DNA of 64,000 nucleotides, from IMG/VR virus record IMGVR_UViG_3300027977_000009, one strand, 5' to 3'. The notes below the pieces were generated by a model that worked only from the letters and a program-made list of their open reading frames with translations, had not been told where the DNA came from and did not search any database. This DNA is from a virus. The stretch's first letter is position 1; each line of letters opens with the position of its first letter. Made by a program: the position numbers and the translations under genes. Positions 58,124 to 64,000 of this stretch are shown here, piece after piece.

Positions 58124-59023
58124 TTAGATTTCGTTTCCGTTTTCATCAATGATCTTGTAGCCCTTGGCCTTTTGAGCTTCTGCCCACATGGGACCAATCG
58201 TATCCAAAAGATGCTGCTGATTTTCCATGCAAAAAACATATGAACCGGAATGTCTTAACAAGACACGCTTGTCAACATAAATCTTGCCACCTAGGTCTCT
58301 AAAGTTCTCGCAGGCCGTCCAGTCCTCGGAATAATAACGATTTTGACGTACTGCGGTATCAAAGTACGTCTTCAAGTATTGATCATACATCGGGTCAAGA
58401 CCAATATCGTTCTTGTACTGCTTGACTGCTGGATGAGAATCCAGCTTACCGAATACATGCTTCTTCATAAGAAGGAAGCCAGTGCCCGCTTTTGAAACTT
58501 CCTGTAGGCCATCAGCGCCCTCTTCAGCACCTTCAAATCCATTGACGACCCACTTGATTGGCATCGTCTTCATTGGGTAAAGTCCACCAATGACATCAAC
58601 GTCACGATTTAGTAGAACGAGTAGATGCCAAGGTTCCCAACCAATATCTGCGTCCACGAAGAATAGGTGAGTCGCGTCCGGCATTGCCAAAAACTTTGCA
58701 GTGAGAGTGTTACGTGCGCGACTGATGAGTGATTCGTTCACCATAGTCTCAAGCGTCCAATCGATGCCTAACTGACGCGCAGTGTTAGCCCACTTGATAA
58801 AACTCATGAACGTAGATTCAGTCAACATCCCGCCGTAACATGGCATTGCGATGTGAACTTTTGTAGTACGTAGGAAGTCAACGTTAACTTGAATTTGACC
58901 TTCTTGCGGAGCTTGCTGTTGTTCTGTTGCTGCTTGATCAGCAATTTCTTGAATCTTTTCTACGGGAACAGTACGCTCTTCGCCGCTCGGTGCAGTAGTT
59001 GTAATCTTTGGTTTCTTAGCCAT
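58124..59023 (-). CDS. GT-A fold glycosyltransferase-like protein
   Basis: IAMPCYGG, ESLISRARN, FVDADIGW (DxD), AGTGFLL, YSEDW. Confidence 0.75.
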   Translation of the reverse strand: MAKKPKITTTAPSGEERTVPVEKIQEIADQAATEQQQAPQEGQIQVNVDFLRTTKVHIAMPCYGGMLTESTFMSFIKWANTARQLGIDWTLETMVNESLISRARNTLTAKFLAMPDATHLFFVDADIGWEPWHLLVLLNRDVDVIGGLYPMKTMPIKWVVNGFEGAEEGADGLQEVSKAGTGFLLMKKHVFGKLDSHPAVKQYKNDIGLDPMYDQYLKTYFDTAVRQNRYYSEDWTACENFRDLGGKIYVDKRVLLRHSGSYVFCMENQQHLLDTIGPMWAEAQKAKGYKIIDENGNEI

Positions 59024-59143
59024 GAAGTCCTCTTCTAATGTAAGCTATAAAGATATTTACAACAGAACGAGGGTATGGATTTTTTTTATTTGACAGAAAG
59101 TATCATATTTACTGTGTTTTGGCTAGCCTAAGCCAATCATTAA

Positions 59144-60199
59144 TTATCTTTCTTCTAAGTAATCATTGGTTGTGATTCGATCAGCATCGATAACTTTTTT
59201 GATCGCAGCTTCTAGTTTTTCGCGGCTCGGGCCATATGGACTCACCTGCACAAAATTGACGAATGTATACATATCTGTAGTATCAGGAACCTTAGTATAG
59301 ACTGCATAATTTACTTTACGAACATCGTCATCTTCATCGACTTCTTTAGACAGATAATAGTTATTGCCCAAATCTCTAACGATGTCGATATCTCTACCAT
59401 CTTTGTAAATTGGTTCTCTTGTACTTTCACTCTCATAGACACGCTTATTGTGTTTGTAGAGTTGAGTTTTAGCTTCGCTCAATAAATGAACGAATTTTGC
59501 TTTTTGTGCAGGAGTCGCTTCATTGATCAACGGTTTGATAGTAGCAATCAACCTACGAATGCTCTCAGTAATCTGCAGGTTATTGTCGAATGTTTGTTTC
59601 ATCTTTTCTGCTGAATCTCCGTATAAGTCAGTTAGAATTCTCATTTTTTTCTTGGTATCGGCACCTGCATATGCCTTGCGAATAGCACTTGCGTCACGCA
59701 TTGTTTCCCCCGCGATAGGAAACTCGGCTACATCAGTTGATAACACATATGCATGTTTAGTCATCGGCTGTGGGTTTTGCATCGCTTTTGCTGAGTAAGG
59801 TTGCATGTAAGGAGCAGAACCATCTTTCTTGGGCTTGAAACTAAAACGAGGATCCGGAGCGATGCCCATTGACGGGTCACCCTCCATATCTTTTTTGCTC
59901 ACCCCAAACACTAGCATAGTATTATCAGGGTCGCCGCCATTCATTTCTACCTTATCTAAGTATTCCTTTGCCATATATGGATTACTAACTGCCATAATGT
60001 TCTTTGAAGGAATGCCCAAAGCAGAAGCCATCATAGCACGATCTTGTGATGAGAAAGGACTCTTTGGTTGTTCTTGTTTAGCTGAGATAGCAAGATATGT
60101 ATTCGCCAAACCAAACTTCTGCGCCAACTGCTTAAAGCTAGCTGCGTGGCCTTTGTGCAGAGGATGGAATCTCCCGGGATATACTGCTATCACATTCAT
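59144..60199 (-). CDS. HxGH nucleotidyltransferase (cytidylyltransferase/NMNAT-like)
   Basis: YPGRFHPLHKGH, SPFS..DR, ASAIR. Confidence 0.8.
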   Translation of the reverse strand: MNVIAVYPGRFHPLHKGHAASFKQLAQKFGLANTYLAISAKQEQPKSPFSSQDRAMMASALGIPSKNIMAVSNPYMAKEYLDKVEMNGGDPDNTMLVFGVSKKDMEGDPSMGIAPDPRFSFKPKKDGSAPYMQPYSAKAMQNPQPMTKHAYVLSTDVAEFPIAGETMRDASAIRKAYAGADTKKKMRILTDLYGDSAEKMKQTFDNNLQITESIRRLIATIKPLINEATPAQKAKFVHLLSEAKTQLYKHNKRVYESESTREPIYKDGRDIDIVRDLGNNYYLSKEVDEDDDVRKVNYAVYTKVPDTTDMYTFVNFVQVSPYGPSREKLEAAIKKVIDADRITTNDYLEER

Positions 60200-60202
60200 T
60201 GA

Positions 60203-60388
60203 TTAATTTGCTTCTTTGCGTGCATTCTTTTCTTCAGTGATCTCGTTGCGACGAGTCTTGCACAACTTAGCAAGTTCACCTAATGCCTTACGGGCACGAG
60301 TACCAGCAGCACTATTGCCTTTGTTAAACTTTTCGTTTTCTGCGAGGAATACCTCGAACTGTGCTTTGATATTGATTGTAGTTTCCAT
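60203..60388 (-). CDS. Histone H1-like (Hc1-like) small protein
   Basis: GNSAAGTRARKALGELAKLCKTRRNEI. Confidence 0.7.
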   Translation of the reverse strand: METTINIKAQFEVFLAENEKFNKGNSAAGTRARKALGELAKLCKTRRNEITEEKNARKEAN

Positions 60389-60399
60389 TGTAATTCTTT

Positions 60400-60786
60400 C
60401 TAATAGCTTATCTTTACAAAATTTACAGCGCCGCCTTGAAAACCTTCAATCTTCGCTCTGACATAAACAAAATTGCCTTCGACATTTGTGTACACCCTAG
60501 CATTGGACGCGATTTGCGGAAGTGAGTTTGCTGCTGCGTTAGCATTTGCCTCTAACTCATAGACTTTGAACCAATCCAAATCTACGGGCTGAGAAGCTAG
60601 TGTGGCTTCCAGTACAATGTTACCTGTACAGTTGGTTAAACTTATGTTGACCGTTTGCAGGTCTTTATTACCTAGATAATATGCCGCGGCAGGACGTGAG
60701 TCGCCCGTTACTGTATACGGTGCTCCGTTTCCTGGATTAACGTATGCTGTTTGTGGAAATAATATTAGTGTGGTAGAAGCACTCAT
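60400..60786 (-). CDS. Hypothetical beta-rich, probably virion, protein
   Basis: Start MSASTT with GGAG RBS; GNFVYVRA. Confidence 0.55.
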   Translation of the reverse strand: MSASTTLILFPQTAYVNPGNGAPYTVTGDSRPAAAYYLGNKDLQTVNISLTNCTGNIVLEATLASQPVDLDWFKVYELEANANAAANSLPQIASNARVYTNVEGNFVYVRAKIEGFQGGAVNFVKISY

Positions 60787-60862
60787 GCTTTTTCTCCACA
60801 CTGCCCGCAAAATATTGCAGCAGAAGACCAACCAACCAAATATGTGTAGAATACGAAAGCCA

Positions 60863-61027
60863 TTATGTGTTAGCGACCTCTACAATCACTCCCGGGCCTG
60901 CTAATTCCTGTGCCACTTGCTCCAATGCTAGTTGTGCATCTTCCGAAACAATGTGTTGCGTTGTATCTTCGTCTTTTACAAGTTTTGATAACCTAATAAC
61001 GATGGCTTCTTCTATCATTCTAGCCAT
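60863..61027 (-). CDS. Small hypothetical protein (54 aa, MARMIEEAIV...)
   Basis: Read manually; GGAG RBS and TAAATA upstream. Confidence 0.55.
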   Translation of the reverse strand: MARMIEEAIVIRLSKLVKDEDTTQHIVSEDAQLALEQVAQELAGPGVIVEVANT

Positions 61028-61062
61028 ATTAATACTCCAAATTATATAGAGTATTTATCTAA

Positions 61063-61680
61063 TTAGGATGATTTCTTTTCTAATTTGTAGGTTTTACCAA
61101 TGACATTGGGAAACATCAGATGAATGTAGGTTAACATAGCTGGGTCGTTATAATCAATATAGTAATGATCATAAATCCAAATGTATTTGTATCCCCAACT
61201 GCTTAGGGGATACAAACATCGAAGAAAAGGATGATTCGGGCGTAACCCATCAGTTCGTTCTAGATATTCTACAAACGCTGGCCTAAACTCAGCTTCTACC
61301 CTTTTTGTCTTAAGATAGGACCTAAACTTAGCAGGAGGAGTATTCTTAAATAGTTTTACGCCATGTGTCACAATAGCTTCAGTTATGGGGCCGGCATTAG
61401 CCAGTAATTGAAATTGCTCAACCAGTGCTAAATCGTTGCTAAAGAAGGTGATACGGTCCCCTTCTAGCCTGAACTTATTATTCTCTCGATGCAAAGCAAG
61501 GAATATACTGATTTTTTCCCGATCAGTATATGATGTTGTATGCATCTCTGGCAGACTGATGAGGTTTCCCAGCTGTATACTTTCTTGACCTCTGGGTGTC
61601 CGTACACTAACTCTATACTTAAATTTATTGTAGTAAAGGATAGTCCGATCTTCAGCTTTGAATTTCAATGATGCCGTCAT
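61063..61680 (-). CDS. Hypothetical protein
   Basis: Start MTASLK with AGGA RBS inside clpA 3' end. Confidence 0.55.
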   Translation of the reverse strand: MTASLKFKAEDRTILYYNKFKYRVSVRTPRGQESIQLGNLISLPEMHTTSYTDREKISIFLALHRENNKFRLEGDRITFFSNDLALVEQFQLLANAGPITEAIVTHGVKLFKNTPPAKFRSYLKTKRVEAEFRPAFVEYLERTDGLRPNHPFLRCLYPLSSWGYKYIWIYDHYYIDYNDPAMLTYIHLMFPNVIGKTYKLEKKSS

Positions 61681-62860
61681 GGCCAATCCTTGCGTTTTGC
61701 TTTTGAGTAATTTGGAAAACAATCTCGTCATTTTCTAAAACTGCCATGATACTTGAATTCGCAATGCGCTCAAAGAGAATCTTCTTTGAGAGGGGAACGC
61801 GAATCAGTTCATCGATCTTGCGAGCGAGCGGGCGGGCTCCCATCTTACTATCGTATCCTTTAGCAGCTAGGTAGTCAACTACCGATTCGCTCAAATTAAG
61901 AGTGATATTGTGCTTTTCGAGCAAGGGCTTCTTGACCTCGTCGAGGAACTTGATAACGATCTTCTTGATAGCAAGCGTATCCAACTTGTTGAACTTACAA
62001 ATCATATCAAGACGATTGCGGAACTCAGGTTTGAAGAACTGCTTGAGTGCTTTCTCGTCTTCATCGGTTTTTTCTAACATACCGAAGCCAATGTTATTAC
62101 GCTCATTGTCTGCTGAACCAAGATTAGAGGTCATAATAATAATAGTGTTCTTGCATGAGACTTCCTTACCGTTAGAACCGGTGATGCGTCCCTCATCCAA
62201 AATCTGCAAGAAGATGTTGAAGATATCGGGGTGAGCCTTTTCAACTTCGTCGAATAGCATAATCGAATGAGGGTTCTTGCTCAAGTCTGAAATCAAACGT
62301 CCACCCTGCACCTGTGAATCGCTGAAGCCTACATATCCCGGGGGAGGACCAATCAAGCCACTTACGCTGTGCTTCTCTCCGTATTCCGACATGTCATACT
62401 TGAGAAGCGGCATCTCCAAATTCTTAGAGAGCAGCTTAGCAAGCTCAGTATTATGATGAATAAAACCATTTGAAGTTTGATACAGGTGAGAATCCGATAC
62501 TACACTAAGATCATAAAATAACGTATCGTCAATTGGAACAACATCCAGAACAGAAACCTCGGACCCATTTTGCTTGCAAATTATATCTCCAGTCTGCAAT
62601 GAATCAAAATACAGACATTCCTCACCATCGTGAATTAGGTGTTTATCGGCAGCAGAAATCGTGTCTCCTGAATCAAAGGTTATTTTTCTACCCGTAGTTT
62701 CTTTGGTAATAGCAGCATTCACTTCTACCCAATTGTCATTCTCATCTTTGATTTGAATTTCGGAGTTTAAAAATTGCTCATGTTCAGGTACGAATGTGGT
62801 CTTTTCATAAAGACTAATGAGGTTGAAGAGTTTTGCGATAGGTAGAGTGATTTCTTTCAT
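61652..62860 (-). CDS. clpA: ClpA-type ATPase C-terminal fragment preceded by a 137-aa C-intein
   Basis: FYDLSV...SNGFIHHN|TELAK; DMSEY, LIGPPPGYVG, FDEVEKAH, TSNLG, IGF loop, PEFRNRLD, MGARPL. Confidence 0.9.
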   Translation of the reverse strand: MKEITLPIAKLFNLISLYEKTTFVPEHEQFLNSEIQIKDENDNWVEVNAAITKETTGRKITFDSGDTISAADKHLIHDGEECLYFDSLQTGDIICKQNGSEVSVLDVVPIDDTLFYDLSVVSDSHLYQTSNGFIHHNTELAKLLSKNLEMPLLKYDMSEYGEKHSVSGLIGPPPGYVGFSDSQVQGGRLISDLSKNPHSIMLFDEVEKAHPDIFNIFLQILDEGRITGSNGKEVSCKNTIIIMTSNLGSADNERNNIGFGMLEKTDEDEKALKQFFKPEFRNRLDMICKFNKLDTLAIKKIVIKFLDEVKKPLLEKHNITLNLSESVVDYLAAKGYDSKMGARPLARKIDELIRVPLSKKILFERIANSSIMAVLENDEIVFQITQKQNARIGHDGIIEIQS

Positions 62861-62986
62861 ATAATTCCCTTTGTGTTAGTGACAGTGTATTTAATATAAT
62901 ACTATAATACTGTGTTTTTCATAAAAAGTAAAGCTGTTTGTTGATTTTCTTGCCCAAATGATAAATAAACATAGGAGCAACATGTT

Positions 62987-64000
62987 ATGGCAAGACGTTT
63001 AGAAACAAGACTCGAAGGCAGCAAGCCCTTTAAGGACAGAATCGGAAGACCATTAATTTCCGTTGAAATTGAAAGATTATATGAATTTCATCATAGAGTA
63101 GGCTACACTCCGGACAGGATACATGCGATAGTCCAATTTATTTTATTAGGATACGATGATTGGAGTAGTATTTGGAATAAATTAAAGACCTTGCACAACG
63201 GTACATTAGAATACCAAACTCTACTTTACGGAGATGTTATGGGCAAAACCAAATATTTGGAACTTAACAAGAAAAAAACTAAAGGATTTGACCATTCGTC
63301 TGATGCTCAAAGAGAGAAGGGAAAAAAATCAGCCAAGCTATCAAAAGGAAATAAAGAATGGAGTGTGCGCGGGTTGGGGTATTGGATCAAAAAAGGATAC
63401 ACAAAAGACGAATCATTAGAGAAAGTGAAGGCAATACAAATAACTAATTGCTTAGATAGATACATAAAAAAATACGGTATTGATGAGGGGACCCAAAAGT
63501 TTAATGATAGGAAGAATACTTGGAAAAAAACGATGAACTCTTCGATTATTGGCAAAAAAAGAAGTCTGGGACTATGGAGATACGTAGAAAGATACGGTGA
63601 AGCTGAAGGAGAGAAAAAATATATCGAAATGCGTATTAAAAGAAATTCTAAATGCAGTATAGGAAGAGCGTCTGCCGAGTCGCTAGATGCACTTTCCCCA
63701 ATCATACGTATCTTAGATCAAAATGGTATTAATTACTATATAGGAATAGAAGGAAATAAAGAATGGTTCATATTCAATAAAAAAGAAAAAAAGATGTTTT
63801 TCTATGATTTAACTATACCTTCATTGGGGATAATAGTAGAATATCACGGTGAGGGATTTCATCCTAATCCAAACTGGGAAGAGAAGATGCTAACTGAGTG
63901 GAGACAAGTTAGAACAGGAAAAGGCGCTAAAGAAGTGATGGACTATACTAAAATGAAAAATCTTACTGCAATAGAAAACAGATGGACCGTATTTGAAATC
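62987..64000 (+). CDS. Vsr-like homing endonuclease (3' partial), inverted within the fractured clpA locus
   Basis: Frame read manually from ATG 62987 (AGGAG RBS, TAAATA); KYGIDEG/RYGEAEG repeats; FYDLTI...IVEYHGEGFHPNP; missing from ORF track because no stop in window. Confidence 0.85.
   Translation, partial: MARRLETRLEGSKPFKDRIGRPLISVEIERLYEFHHRVGYTPDRIHAIVQFILLGYDDWSSIWNKLKTLHNGTLEYQTLLYGDVMGKTKYLELNKKKTKGFDHSSDAQREKGKKSAKLSKGNKEWSVRGLGYWIKKGYTKDESLEKVKAIQITNCLDRYIKKYGIDEGTQKFNDRKNTWKKTMNSSIIGKKRSLGLWRYVERYGEAEGEKKYIEMRIKRNSKCSIGRASAESLDALSPIIRILDQNGINYYIGIEGNKEWFIFNKKEKKMFFYDLTIPSLGIIVEYHGEGFHPNPNWEEKMLTEWRQVRTGKGAKEVMDYTKMKNLTAIENRWTVFEI

Noticed and set aside
1-64000. tRNA, rRNA, integrase, transposase, reverse transcriptase or cas genes
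   Set aside because: None recognised by eye; tRNAscan-SE and profile searches would be needed to exclude divergent ones

Overview
64 kb from a large, AT-rich, T4-like (myovirus/jumbo-type) phage genome, mostly encoded on the - strand, standard genetic code. TTGAC-N17-(GC)TATA early promoters suggest an alphaproteobacterial host; TAAATA motifs look like late promoters. In order: two Gly/Thr/Asn-rich virion fibre genes; small early genes; a proteostasis module (clpP, clpS, hsp20, clpX, plus a clpA half at the right edge); DNA ligase; RNase H; UvsE; a 7-deazaguanine DNA-modification cluster (folE, queD, queE, dpdL-like, dpdA-like, guaC, a PRTase, an MBD4-like glycosylase) interleaved with sugar enzymes; sliding clamp; family B DNA polymerase; and a ~15 kb island of late genes with a T4-CTS-like N-terminal tag (M-R/K-x-x-E-F-I/L-x-E). 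Most notable: (1) two covarying copies of an H-type pseudoknot upstream of queD whose P2 strand alternatively hides the RBS/start codon, a candidate new ON riboswitch; (2) a covarying two-hairpin leader shared by three unrelated antisense homing endonuclease genes and bracketed by convergent TAAATA motifs; (3) three fractured genes (ligase, PolB, ClpA) rejoined by split inteins around Vsr-like endonucleases, the ClpA one atypically split (137-aa C-intein); (4) tagged modular polyproteins that may be head-packaged, protease-processed cargo; (5) a ROSE-like thermometer on hsp20. All calls are by eye from motifs; no searches were run.
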